Below, in pieces: positions 52,301 to 64,000 of a stretch of DNA of 64,000 nt. Each line of letters opens with the position of its first letter. Positions within the stretch are counted from its first letter, which is position 1. The notes beneath the pieces were generated by a model, which worked only from the letters and a program-made list of their open reading frames with translations, made no database searches and was not told the DNA's origin. This DNA is from Tubiluchus corallicola (taxonomy: Eukaryota > Animalia > Priapulida): the NCBI GenBank assembly GCA_030141605.1, contig JAQGDQ010000031.1, positions 744,001 through 808,000 on the forward strand, in the 5' to 3' direction. Position numbers and translations under genes: made by a program.

Positions 52301-55300
52301 GCAAAATATAACCTATAACTTCTTCACAGCTTTTGTCGCTGTTTGACATTTTCATACTAGCAAACTATTTTTATAGGCACTCATCGCTTTTTCACTATCA
52401 ACTTTATAACTATGTAACTACATCCATCGTGTGACAGCAAATTTGAAGTCCCCTGTTTGCAACAAGGTTGTTCGCAATTGTGCGCATCATGTAAGGTGAG
52501 GAAAAATGAAGAGAAAACGCAAAGATACTGTTTATTTGTGCTAAAATACTGCGTTTTAGTCAGCGTGTCACCTTTACTATTTATGATTAATTGAACTGCT
52601 ATTCAATTATCGATTATATGGATTCATACGTGCTTGTAATCTATTAATCTGTTAATCGCTGGGACCATAACTTTTGTTGGTGCTTTTAATTGCATATGTA
52701 CTTTATTTTATGCAACATGAAACATAGTTTTAGGGTCCACCAGTTATTCAACAGATTAAATAATAAAATTATTTAAAGTTATTACATCTGTTGGAATCAA
52801 AATCAAGTCCATCATATATATTTTGCATAATTCTGGTCTTATGAGACAACCCGTTTTGTCTGTATACTCACTAAATTCTAATGTTATTTAAGTTTTTACA
52901 TCCCAGAATAGGATATCTAGTACTTGCTTGCATTGTTGTTCTTCTTCTTCTTGTGAACAGTTCATTTTGAAGTTGCGGTTCTCGGAACACGGTTTATTTA
53001 GTTCGCATTGCATAATGCACTTAGGGATGTTATGGCTTACTAAAACTCGTTATGTTAGTAAACGCCCTAATATTTCACTAGATGAGATGTTTTTTGCCTT
53101 TAAGTTCCAAAATCATTTCCAAGCGCAAAGATTTATCACACAAACATGAAGCAAAGTGGTACGTAGTAAGCAAAAACTTATTATAGCAGCAAAATACTAT
53201 CACGATTGGCAATTTATGCAAAACATTGGCAGTACTGATTTTCATCTACCTTAACAGTCGTCAGATGGTTTCACATTGCAGCAGTTTAAAAAATTTCCAT
53301 TATATACAAGAGCTATAGCATGATCACAGAAAACTAGCTCTTGTTACTATATTATAGTGGTAATTAAAGAGACTTCTTGATCAAAAATCCAGAATTTACA
53401 TAACTGTTAATACTCAAGTATTTAAGCTTGTACAGAAATTTATATTTCTTATTAAGCGCTTATAACCACTGTATTAGTTTACATTGTTTACGATGCGAAA
53501 GCAATACTATGGTTATTTTCAACATTATGCTATGTATGTATATCTACTGCTAGTATTATACTGTAATGCTTCTACTGTTTATTTGTTGTCTGCACTCTTC
53601 TAAGTGTTATGTCCCATCAGCAAGAACGTTTATCTGCTGTAACACTGTCTTGTTCAATCACTCGTATCGCTCTCATTATTACAATAAAACTACGTTTAAA
53701 CTAAAATCCAAAATTATAATTGACACTAATGACGCAGAAAAAAATTTTGTGACTAACAATTATCGACATAAAAAATGTTACTTTTATGCTTTTGATTTTA
53801 CCAGTTATCAAATTCTTTCTCCCAATTTGGAATAAGGGATACGGGCATCACGATGAGAACTGAGTTCAGACGACCAGCATCAAACATTCCACTTAGAAAG
53901 CCGATTACTTGAATAGTTTTCCCTAACCTATAATAAATATAAAATTGTAATTACTATATGTGTGCTTGCAAACCAAAATGCTCCACAAGTAGGAATAGCT
54001 AAAACCATGTTATGCTTGAAAATAGAATGCACCAAAAATTGGGCCAGATATTAACTTTTTTTATAAAAGCAAAAGCTAAATATATTGTAATTTTATATTC
54101 TAGCATCAAATCATCAGGAAAATGTTAAAAAAATACTAAAAATTTTGTTTTATAACTCTTACCCACTTCGCCTAAAAACTAGTGTTGCGTTTGTCACAGA
54201 CATTTTCAAATGCCGATAGTAGCTTGTGGAAGCTGTTATTTTGTTTCCTTTTGTCAAGGCCAGATTTTTGTCCGGAAGAGCCATCTACTGAATTTAAATA
54301 TAATTTCAATATGCTCTTGCAAAGTCCATAGCAACCATCCGTTCATTCGGTTGCTAATTCCTTTGCGAAAAACAATGGCAAAATTTGACAGCGATTTTCT
54401 CAATATTATGTTTTTCAGTGAGCAGCGTGCATTTCAACTTCAACGTGGATTGTATCAGCGTAGAAATAACATAGCTTGGTATCAAAATAATCTTCAAGAA
54501 TTGGAGATTCAGGATGTGCGAACAACTAAAAAAGTTTAATTGCTAACTCATGGACCTTTTTTTGCAAGACACATATTATTGTAATTCAATAAATACATGC
54601 ACTTTTTCAAATTATATTCTAAGCTTGTAAATATATGGAAAATTAAAAAATTGAGCGAGGCTGAATTCTCATTTTTTATCAGTGCAAAAATCCATCAAAA
54701 AGTGCAAACAATATTCTGCTCATTATACTAAACTTACCCCATATCATCTCCTAAAATGCCTCCAGTACGCTTTTGGTGTAAGTCGTGCAACCATTGTACG
54801 CCCTCTACCTGATACCTGTACAGACGATCATAGATTTCTTTATACAACACAAAGCCATTCTTCATTTGAACCATTGTACTGTCTTCTTCTTCTTTTTCTT
54901 CAGTGACATCATTCTCTTTCATGAATGCCTACAAGAAAGTACAAATAAATTGTTAACCTGTAGCTTTACAGTGAAATGAAAAACGTGAAGATCATAGATT
55001 TTAAAGTCATGCTAATATGTAGAAAAGATGAATTCATAACTTGTGAGAATTCCAGGACTTTGACTAACCATCCACTGAAATTTAATAAGCAACATCAACT
55101 TTAACGAACACACCCTCTCTCTCTTTTTAAACCTGGTCTAATTTAAAATTTGTTTAAGTATAAAGCCAAACATTCAAGATTCAAGATTAAAAGAGTCATA
55201 ATCATTGATAAATAATGAAAAAACACAAACATTGTTAGTGAAAGAAATACAGGAAATCTGCTACACTAAATCTGTTGATAACAAAAAGTTTGAGCAAAAG

Positions 55301-56069
55301 ACATGAGACAACAGTTTTATTTATGTTATAGCACAGTGATGTAATAATGTTGTAAACTTTAAAGCACAAGAAAACCATTCACTTACATAAAGCTTTAAAA
55401 AAAAATTTTTTTTGAAATTTTATACCACTTAAATGTTGTCTTATTGCACACAGGGCTTGCATTAACAGTAACAATGTATAAAACTTGAGAATTTAAATTT
55501 CCGCGATGACTGTTAGGCACAGCCATTTTGACAGTAAGTCATTTGAAACAAGTTTAGATAATACTGAAGCTTGAAAAAATAATCAAAGCATTCGTAGCAA
55601 AGACTTCACTAACTAAGCAAAATTATAACATCTTATCAATAAGAATAAAAATAGTTCTTTTGTGAGTCAGTGGTCCAACACTGGGAAGGTCAGTCAGTGA
55701 TATTTGACCAATTGGCGCAAACATTTTAAATTATTAAGAATTTCCTATTATTAAGAAGTTACACAAATCTTTCAAACAGGCAAGCGTAATGCTAAGTAAT
55801 ATAACTGTGCATGGAAAGCCTTTTGTAACATAGTTTAACATTGCCTTTTCTTAGTCTTTAAAATAAACACTGATAAGTCAAAACTTTCTAATTAGATATA
55901 TAACCTCTATTTTTGTAATTCGGCGTTTAACTTTTTCAGAAGGGAATATGTCATATGCCAATTTGAAACTGGTTATGGATGCCACAAGTTGTCCTTCCTC
56001 TGCTTGCTGTCTTGCCTTTTTTACTAGTTTATAGAACCTCTCTTTGTCGCGTTCCGTCACACCATCCAT
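37459..56069 (-). CDS. ERCC6L: ERCC6-like / PICH SNF2-family DNA translocase, 17 coding exons, 3588 nt, about 1195 aa
   Basis: Exons: 55905-56069, 54738-54928, 53802-53927, 51920-52085, 51241-51366, 50200-50292, 49042-49244, 48001-48109, 47575-47693, 46408-46624, 45701-45933, 44173-44292, 42970-43118, 41886-41986, 41467-41566, 40055-40203, 37459-38679. N-terminal TPR-like helix (FPSEKVKRRITKIE), GGILGDDMGLGKT, DEGH, SGTPLQND, LKKLCDHPRLLS, LLTTQVGGVGLTLT, QAVDRAYRIGQ, PICH-type YFSRQELFELF and IFGISDHDLMFS, then an acidic disordered tail. Confidence 0.92.
39510..39870 (+). repeat. Dispersed repeat family D
   Basis: Colinear with 62170-62530 (ATGCATGAGCACAG.GGTAAATTTGAAA...ATGAAAAATCATCCTG). 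Confidence 0.75.
40255..40505. repeat. (AGT)n microsatellite with degenerate AGC/AAC extension
   Basis: Directly visible. Confidence 0.95.
42165..42540 (+). repeat. Dispersed repeat family E copy 1
   Basis: Colinear with 52305-52665 (CCTATAACT...GTCGCTGTTTG...TGTTTATTTGT.CTAAAATACTGC.TTTTAGTCAGCGTGT). Confidence 0.7.
44415..44656 (+). mobile_element. Probable decayed LINE 3' end with (AAT)n(GAT)n tail
   Basis: Purine-rich segment ending RRLGTENQKSC* (RTE-like terminus, weak) followed by simple-repeat tail at 44595-44656. Confidence 0.35.
49295..49345. repeat. (CA)n microsatellite
   Basis: Directly visible. Confidence 0.85.
52305..52665 (+). repeat. Dispersed repeat family E copy 2
   Basis: Colinear with 42165-42540. 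Confidence 0.7.
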
Positions 56070-56708
56070 AATACCATGCTAGTCTTGTCAGAGAACTAGT
56101 TAGGACAGATTACGATATCGCTGAAACAAATAAATACTGTGTAAAAGATCAAGATGGCAGTCATGACATCGCAACACGGATTGAAACCAAGAGTAAATTT
56201 ATGTACTGACTAAAGCACCTTCACTATAATAAAGACGTTACAGTAGCATATTTTTGTCTTGCTACTTATCTTAATACATGACTTTAATATTCACTAGTTA
56301 ATAAGACAACCCAAAAGTAACATGGACTTATTAGCAAATGCATCTCCTATGTAAATTGTGATGTGAGAATAACAGAGTTCCAAGTGATGTCAGGGTTCTC
56401 ACAGAATTTTATTAAAATAAATTTCCCTGACTTTTCCCTGACCAAATATTGATTTTCCATGATCAAGATATGCAGAAATTGTATTACCAGGATACATATT
56501 CAAACATTTTTGAGTACGGACATTTCATACATGTATATAAAATACCGTTTAAACGAAATATAATAATCTTTTGCTGGGCTTCGTGACCGTCTCATAGACT
56601 TTTTTCAATACCTCACTGAGTTGTGCATGGTCGTGAGTCTAAGTTATTTGTGCAATCAGCTAGAACCAACATTAAATCACACTTCTTTGGGCATCGTGTA
56701 GTTCAACC

Positions 56709-57510
56709 ATGGAATCATGGTATCAAATGCCATTTAACACAGTTAAATGCAAAACTTTACATCTAGGGAACAACCATGACGAATTTAACTACTTCATGAG
56801 TGATACGTCAGGCTGGCAGAGATTCATAACGCAAATTGAGTGTCAAAAGGATCTTGGGGTATATGTGGATAACAAGCTGACATTTAGCCAACATATTGAT
56901 GAAGTCACCAAGAAAGCAAGAAAGAGGCTTTGGTTAATTAGAACTTTGAGTTTCCTAGATATCCTAATGTTTCTGATTTTATACAAAACATCTGTCCGTC
57001 CTATCCTTAACTATCATATGAAATCTCTAGACTGAATGCAATAAGAAAAGTGGAATCTGTCCAACATAGAGCTACAAAATTAGTTCCCGGCCATGAGCCA
57101 TCTGACATATTCAGAACGGATGAGGAATTTGAAACTCCCTTCATTGAGATTTCGAAGAAGTGATTTGATCCTGATGTTTCGTATCAAGAACAATCTGACT
57201 AAACTACAGCCTGGTCGTTATTTTGCTAATAATGTACGAGGTACTAGATATAAAGTTATTAAGCCCAGATGCAGAAACAGGAATAGGTTTATGTTCAGGA
57301 CTGTCAATGACAGGAATTCATTAAATACTAAGATATGGTGTGCCACTAATGCTTCACACTTTAAGACACAACTGGATTAGTATTGGAAAGACCATCCTGA
57401 AATGTATCACAACCCACTTCAGCCTGAATGGACTTTATTGGCGGAGAATTAAAGACTCCCACCTGATTATACACCACAATGACAGTTATTATAGTATTAA
57501 CAGTTACAGT
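56709..57510 (+). mobile_element. CR1-clade LINE fragment (RT C-terminus, disrupted), antisense in the ERCC6L 5'-UTR intron
   Basis: FNTVKCKTLHLG...KDLGVYVDNKLTFSQHI...LYKTSVRPILNY...KVESVQHRATKLV...LTYSERMRNLKLPSL, with stops and frameshifts; ACAGTT-type tail. Confidence 0.85.
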
Positions 57511-58281
57511 GTTTAACTGGACCCACAACGTTATGTATCCATCCATCCGTCTGGTGCCTAAATCCCTTTTATATCAGGGCGAATATATCAGGTATATAAT
57601 GAAGTATTGCAAGCATGAGCAAAAAGCTATTAGCTTTGGCCCGATCATCGAAGGTAATCATCTTTCATCATCAACCAGTTAACAGTTTCAAAGGCTATGC
57701 TTACCATAATGGTGAGCACGTTGTGATATTTGTCATACGTAACAAAGCAGTTATCTTCACATAATTAAAGGGCAATTCATTGTGCTCTTTGTGGACAGAT
57801 ATTTACAAAAAACGTGCTCTGCCTCCAATCATACCTAAAAGATATTAATATAGGAGACCTTTAGTGCATAAATATCTGTCTAGAACATTTTTGAAACTGT
57901 CGATCGTATGTAATTCTATGACTTCTTCCGATAAGGAATTAGAGAGGACATGAGGACCGTTTATTTCTTTGGATGAGGTATTCTTTGTGGTTCGAGCAAT
58001 TTATGGTTGTCAATTCATACTCCCAGAGAATTGTGAGCCTGCTATTCTATTATGTAGACCTAGATATTATGCCATCTGCACTAATGCTTTAATAAGAAGC
58101 CTATCACGCATAATTTTCATATGTTAAAATTTTGCAACTTTTGAATAAACTACTATATAAACAACTAAGTTCTATACAACGCTGCGCATTACTTATCAAC
58201 AATGTGCTTTACTCAGAAATATCAAAGATAAAATTAAGAATTGCGAAATCTGAAGTCACATTAATTAATCGCCACAATTAC

Positions 58282-58404
58282 CGTACTAAAGTCTTCTTCT
58301 CTGAACGGCCGTAATAGATAATTCCAAATTCGCGCGTTAATGGCTCATATTTTTTTCGCTAGGTGTCAGGCAATTCGAATTCACATTCACGTGGATTGGA
58401 AATG
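58282..58404. promoter_or_regulatory. Putative compact bidirectional promoter and first non-coding exons of ERCC6L (-) and RALBP1 (+)
   Basis: Outward-facing donors TACG|GTAATT (-, 58282) and AATG|GTAAAT (+, 58404) around TTCGCGCG (58329-58336). The ATG exons of both genes begin at acceptors (56120 and 60301). Confidence 0.5.
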
Positions 58405-60353
58405 GTAAATACTTAACAAATTTTTATGAGCTGTTTTCTTATATTTTAATGATCTGTATGTTTTTTATCCTGGTGTACTGACTTTTGAATGACAAAATTA
58501 ATGTGGAGATAAAGAATTCTGTTAATTCGTACTCGGTTGCAGCTGAATGATTGGGCTTAACATGATGTTGTCATGCTTTGGGTTGAGCATTGTGTCGAAG
58601 TTTTGCTCATCTCGTTTTTATTCTAATATCGTAACTCTCGCCACTATTTAGACTAAAAAAAGTGTATAAACCAAATAAGGTCCATTGGAGAATCCCGGGT
58701 TAAAATAAGGAGTTTAAGTTCATAAGTTTTAGGGTGGTAAAAATTGGCAAAATCATCTGTTAATTTCATGCATAGTGTAAGAATAAGAATCCTTTTATTT
58801 CACACACATGGCTAGTACTAGTACTACATCAAGATGCAACAAAACAATGGGAAATGTGAGGGCAGCATACGACCATACAGTCCTGTACATGTTGCTCTTA
58901 TTCTAATATTAAACTGTATAAAATACTGTAGTTGTACAGAAATAATTATAATAATATAGTACAATAATTTAATGAAGTAGCGCAGAAATTGCAAACATTT
59001 TACACTTAGAATTGAGAATACCTCTATAAATACATAACAAATTGAATAGTAGTAAGCTATAAAGGTGCATGTAAACTTACTATTTACCTGTTTTGCTACA
59101 GGATGACTGTATATTACTATAAACAATTTTAAATAATAGGAAATAAATATATATACTTTTGCATGCAAAATAATCGTGTACTTGATCAGTATATATATAT
59201 ATATACTCGAATAATACCATATGAGTAATTACCATTACAGTAGATTACCGTAGATCGACAAGGCGAAGCCTATAAATAGGCTTTTTGCCAATAGTTGTCT
59301 CTCTTGATAAACCTCTGTTAATTGTTTTATCACACATTTTCTCTCTCGTGTTTTATATTTATGTTGTCTCTCAAGTGGAAGTGCTGCCTAGCGGCAGTTG
59401 TCATAGTATGGTGAGGAAGCAAGGTCAGTGGTGGTATGGCAAATGGGTCAAATGTGTTGATTTATGATAAACTGAACTGTAATACTATAATTGTATCTGT
59501 AAGAATAATTATGGAGAAATTCACTATGTAGTATGAGTGTAGTAACACTAATGAGGAGTATGCCATTCAGGACAATATGTCGTAGGCAAAGCTAGCAAAA
59601 ATGAACCACTCAAGTACCGTACCGTACATTTATAGGTAGAATACGTATTTTTGTAAAACACAGAACGCCATTTTACAGGAGAGAGCGTATGCAGATTCTG
59701 CATGTCATTTATAGGTGGTAGCTGCTATTGCATCATACTATTACGATTTTATGCAAAAACAAAATATAGTTCAGTGTTTCTTACTCATTTACATATAAAC
59801 ACAAAATTTTAAATCATTGTTAGAATACAGGATCGATGTGTCAAGTTTTTATTGCTATTGCAATTAAAAGAACTAATTTCGTTTTGTAGGTGATGTCAGT
59901 TACTAAACCCAAGTAGAAAATTGTTTTTAACCATTTTTTCTGCACCATTTTTTCTCTCATCATGTTGTATTGTTCACTATGAAATTACCTGAAGAAGTGA
60001 TGAACAGTAACATATCAAGATTCACATCTTTTCAAATTTAAACTTTGTAAATTTGTTAGCTTAAAAGCCTCAAACTGTCTGCCACTTTATATACCTCGTT
60101 ACTAAATGCAGAATATGTGTTATGTTTTGTTAAGATACCTAACCGTGTATCTCTACTTTACTTTATACTTAGCAAATACACTTGAAGAATTGTCACCTAT
60201 TTTAAAAGTTATACGTTTACTTAAAAAAGTTTATTTGTTCCTTTGTATGCGTAAGTAAAATTACTGCCAAGTCAGCATAATGCAGCCTCTAGTTTTACAG
60301 GTATGTTAGAGCATTTTGTCAAAAGGAGTAAAACGTTGGAGTAAAAAGGGGCA

Positions 60354-63016
60354 ATGAGTTTTGATGATAAAGACTTTCCTGGGTTGTATTCGGCAGATGA
60401 CGATTTAGGTAAGTACATATGTGACCCAAAATTTTCATTGTGTAAATTCCAATGACTTTGTTTGCTTGTTATGGTCATTATGCAACTACTTTTATGTAAA
60501 TTGTATACCATGGTATACTGTTAGTATATTTAACTTCCTTAGAGATTCTCATTTCACACTTATGTCAAAGATAATTTAGTTGAACTTAATTTTATACATA
60601 ACCCTTATAAAATAAAGAACGTATGCTGTCTTGATGAGAATTAGAATGTGTCGTGATTGTAGTAATTCAGATAGACAGAAGAAGGGTTTTATTTCCTTGA
60701 TGCCCTATTTCAATATGAAGGCTGTGAATGAACATCCAACTTCTTATCTAGGCAAGGCTACAACGTGGTCAATTAAAAGTGTTGTTATTGTCGTTTTTTC
60801 CAGATGATGAAGGTGAAAAATCATCTCGGAAAAAAGATTCCAAAAAGAAAGACAAGAAGGATAAAAAGGATCGTGGTTACAAAGTTTTTGAAGGTGAAAG
60901 TTCGGGAGAAGAACTTGTTCCTGATGGAACGAAGTGAGTGATATCTTACTTTCTTATATTTTTTGCACATTTGTAACATCAATTTTGATTTACAACTCAC
61001 TAATCAGGGATATTACTGAATGAAATTTTGTTTTGGTTTGCACTTTCTGTTGAGTTTGCTTTCACCGAAAAGTATTAAGTTTCGCAGCTGCAAATTATTT
61101 TCGGAAGCACTTTTCCAAGGTTTTCGTAGTATTTATCCAACTTACCTTTTTTCTGAATGTTAAAAATTGCTGAAAAATAATTTTGGCTAAAATAGTTTAA
61201 TTTAATTTAACTTTTTGTACCATTTGTAGCATACTTTTTACAGCAATGTGGCATATTTTCAGTGCTGACAGCTGAGAAGCTTTAAGATCTCCAGGCACAA
61301 TCAACCGTAATATTAAAGCATAATTTGACTAAAAAACTGTCTGATTTTATAATATATGAAATATAGGCAACAAAATGTTTACAAAATAAAATTTGTCAAC
61401 TTTTTTGAAACTTCGTGATCTTTAGCCATAAACATTGTGCTACTTTTTTGGTTAGGTATTTTTTGCCTAGCTACTTCATCGAGCTTGTATCAGAGCAATA
61501 AAACCAAACAAGCAATAACAAAGTATTTTATTTATTTCTGAATATTCTTCGTTTTTTGATAGTAGGTGGTTTTGCAAAAATGATTTCGGTTCCGTTTAGT
61601 TTCGGTATCGGTTTCCTATGTTTCGTAAATTTCGGTTTCGGCTTGTAATTTCAGTTTCGATAACATGTTTGTTACTAATGTAGTGAAATGCAAATTTCTG
61701 CTTGTGTAGCTAGTAATGACGTAGAACGTGACGTAAAAAAGAAACTTTCCTGCCATTCTTGTCAATTCTTTTTCATGACGACAAGCTTTTAATATCTTTC
61801 TCTCTTTTAACGATGGATATTTTGTTTTAATGAGAAAAATATGGTCTCAGCCTTGTCATATTTATGTTTATAGTGTTGGTTCTTTATCATAAAGCTGCCA
61901 TCAACTGAACTTGTAGACCTTCAATGTTTGTCATCCTTAAAATGTCTATAGCAGATTGTCAGATAACATATTGTGATTTGTTAAAGGTCTGTATTATCTC
62001 AACAGGCATTTAAGTTTTTTTAACGCATTTTTATGATTACACATAATTATTATTAAACAAAGGAAACTTATAACTTAAATTTTTCTGGCGAATTTTGAAT
62101 GAGGGCATTGCCGTGTAGATTGCCATGTTTCGTTTTTTTACACGAGTGAGCAGGAATGACAGCTTTGACACACATTTGACAGCTTATGCATGAGCACAGC
62201 GGTAAATTTGAAACTTAAATTTTTATCTTAAAACTTGCCTAGTTTTAGTACAACACATTGAATATCTTACAGTAGCACTATATTCAACTTTCGCTTTCGC
62301 AAACTCGTGCAACACGCTTGTGGAATATTTTTGCTGTTGAAAATTATATTAGTTTGCGATGTCATCAACAGTTGGGTTCGCCCGCTGTTAGTTAAGATTT
62401 TATTCTATTATTTAAATATCAAAAACGCTTTTGCAGTACTAATTCTGTTAAAATGCGTATGTTTTATGAGGCTTGAGAATTGGGTAGTATATGAAAAATC
62501 ATCCTGCCCTCCTTTACCTTTACATGTTCACCGGCAGTGCAAAACTGCTGTATTTGGCTGAAACACTGTATTTTTATTATTAATCGAAAGCTTACTGCAA
62601 AAAATTTAGTGTGGATGCACTTGCCTTTGGTGGGTTTTATAAATCTGCCTCTTTGAATGTAACTTTTCTGTTATATAGTATAATTTACTTTTTGAGAAAT
62701 ACACGTATTGCAGCCATGAAATCTATTATATTTTTAGCTCATAATTCAGTGTCATATGCTGTTCATTTCAGAAGTCCAATCTCAAAGCTCAAAAAGTCAA
62801 AGCATTCGTTTCGTTTCGCAAAACGACCAGACAAACTGAAAGCGAAAGAGAAGGAGCGGGAAAAGGAGAAGGAAAAAGAGAGGGGGAAAGAAAAAGAAAA
62901 AGAAAAGGAAAAGGCAAAAGAGAAAGAAAAATCAAAGGAAAAGGAAGGAGTTGGAAAATTGAAATTGAAAAGCAGGAAGAAGCATAACATTGGAGGAGCA
63001 ATAGCTGACCTCCCTG
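60354..63016 (+). CDS. RALBP1: RalA-binding protein 1 (RLIP76), N-terminal exons; continues beyond the right edge
   Basis: Exons 60354-60408 (MSFDDKDFPGLYSADDDL), 60804-60933 (KKDRGYKVFEGESSGEE), 62772-63016 (SPISKLKKSK then a KE-rich tract), all in phase. FPGLY, GYxxFxxxSSGxE and the KE-rich block occur in this order in RALBP1. The RhoGAP domain is not in the window. Confidence 0.82.
61005..61671. mobile_element. hAT-like MITE with TTCGG subterminal repeats
   Basis: Near-perfect 8-bp TSD TCACTAAT / TTACTAAT; degenerate TIR; repeated TTTCGGT at 61584-61660. Confidence 0.55.
62080..62530 (+). repeat. Dispersed repeat family D (longer copy)
   Basis: Right part matches 39510-39870; left part (TTTTCTGG.GAATTT.GAATG...GCCATGTTTCGT) matches 43465-43545. 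Confidence 0.75.
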
Positions 63017-64000
63017 GTAAAGTATAAATCATTGTTTATTTTATTTTCTATTATTTGATTCCTAGATCTTGTAGTGACGGTTTCTTAGTACTGTTATGGA
63101 TCTTTTCTTTCTTGGTTTGGCATCTATATTGGGTGGTGAAAAAAAATGCATCAAATTTAAAGTACAGTAATATTAGAAACAAGTGTCCTCCCTACAAAGT
63201 TGAAATTTCACAATGTGTTGTAATACATTAACTTTGTCTAAACTTGCAAGTTTATCCCTTTAAAAGTTTTTGTTAAAGTTGCGACTGAAAAGTTTTCACA
63301 CATTTAAAATTTAGAATTTGGAACAATATGAACTAATCATCATTTGAAGAAAAAACAGCCTCGTTGATGTAAAAACAGCCGAGTTGCTAGGACTCAATAA
63401 GTGGTAGCAAGACAATGAAGAAATTATTACATACACACCCAAATTGATACATAAGGACAGTTGGTCACTGCCATTTTATAAAGTAGTTGAACTACTGATG
63501 TTTGGTGAACTACCTCTCTCACATTTTAAATAAGTTGTACATCAATGGCATATATATTGTAAGTGTTTTGCAGAATTACTTCATTATTTTCTCTAAATTT
63601 AACTTGTGAGGTCACAAATCTGGACTAATTCTGGCTTTTCTGACTTGCTGTCCTCTGAGCAAGGTAACTTAAACTATCGTACTGATTGCCACTGCTTCCA
63701 CACAAAAAGTTTGATGGCTGTGTGTGTAGGAATGGACTAAAGATCGGAAGTAAAAGATGTTTTTAGCTTGCCGAGCCATGAGTGTTTCAAACATACAGCT
63801 GCTGGCTTTGTATACTCCATAGAGAGTGGAGACTACAATGAAATGAAAGTCTTGATGAACAAGGGATAAAACTGCACTCATGTGAACCTGTACATGGAAC
63901 AAAACTATATGTCTTTTTCTTTATTCACATAGTTCAGAATTTCAGTAAGACAACTAGCCTAATACTGCTTTAATTTGATGTTACCAATCAGGAAGAAAGT

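Noticed and set aside
1-64000. U12-type introns or prokaryotic systems (operons, CRISPR, defence loci)
   Set aside because: All inferred introns are GT-AG with no RTATCCTT donors, and the window is plainly eukaryotic.

Overview
AT-rich, intron-rich eukaryotic (invertebrate animal-like) genomic DNA. I assembled four spliced protein-coding genes by hand from GT-AG junctions with consistent reading phase. They form two head-to-head pairs joined tail-to-tail: ACADS (-, runs off the left edge) / MAN2C1 (+, complete, about 1100 aa) and ERCC6L/PICH (-, complete, about 1195 aa) / RALBP1 (+, runs off the right edge). Introns carry many MITEs (Tc1/pogo-, hAT-, Ginger-like), LINE fragments (RTE, L2/Daphne-like, CR1), tRNA-derived SINE heads and microsatellites. 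Most notable observations: a twister-ribozyme core at the 5' end of an internally deleted RTE element in MAN2C1 intron 4; a palindromic head-to-head tRNA-SINE dimer; an ACADS first exon with no in-frame AUG (possible UUG start); a minisatellite seeded from a splice donor; and a three-fold repeated basic motif in the PICH tail. Most ORF-track entries are spurious or exon fragments. Gene and family names come from recalled motifs, not from database searches.
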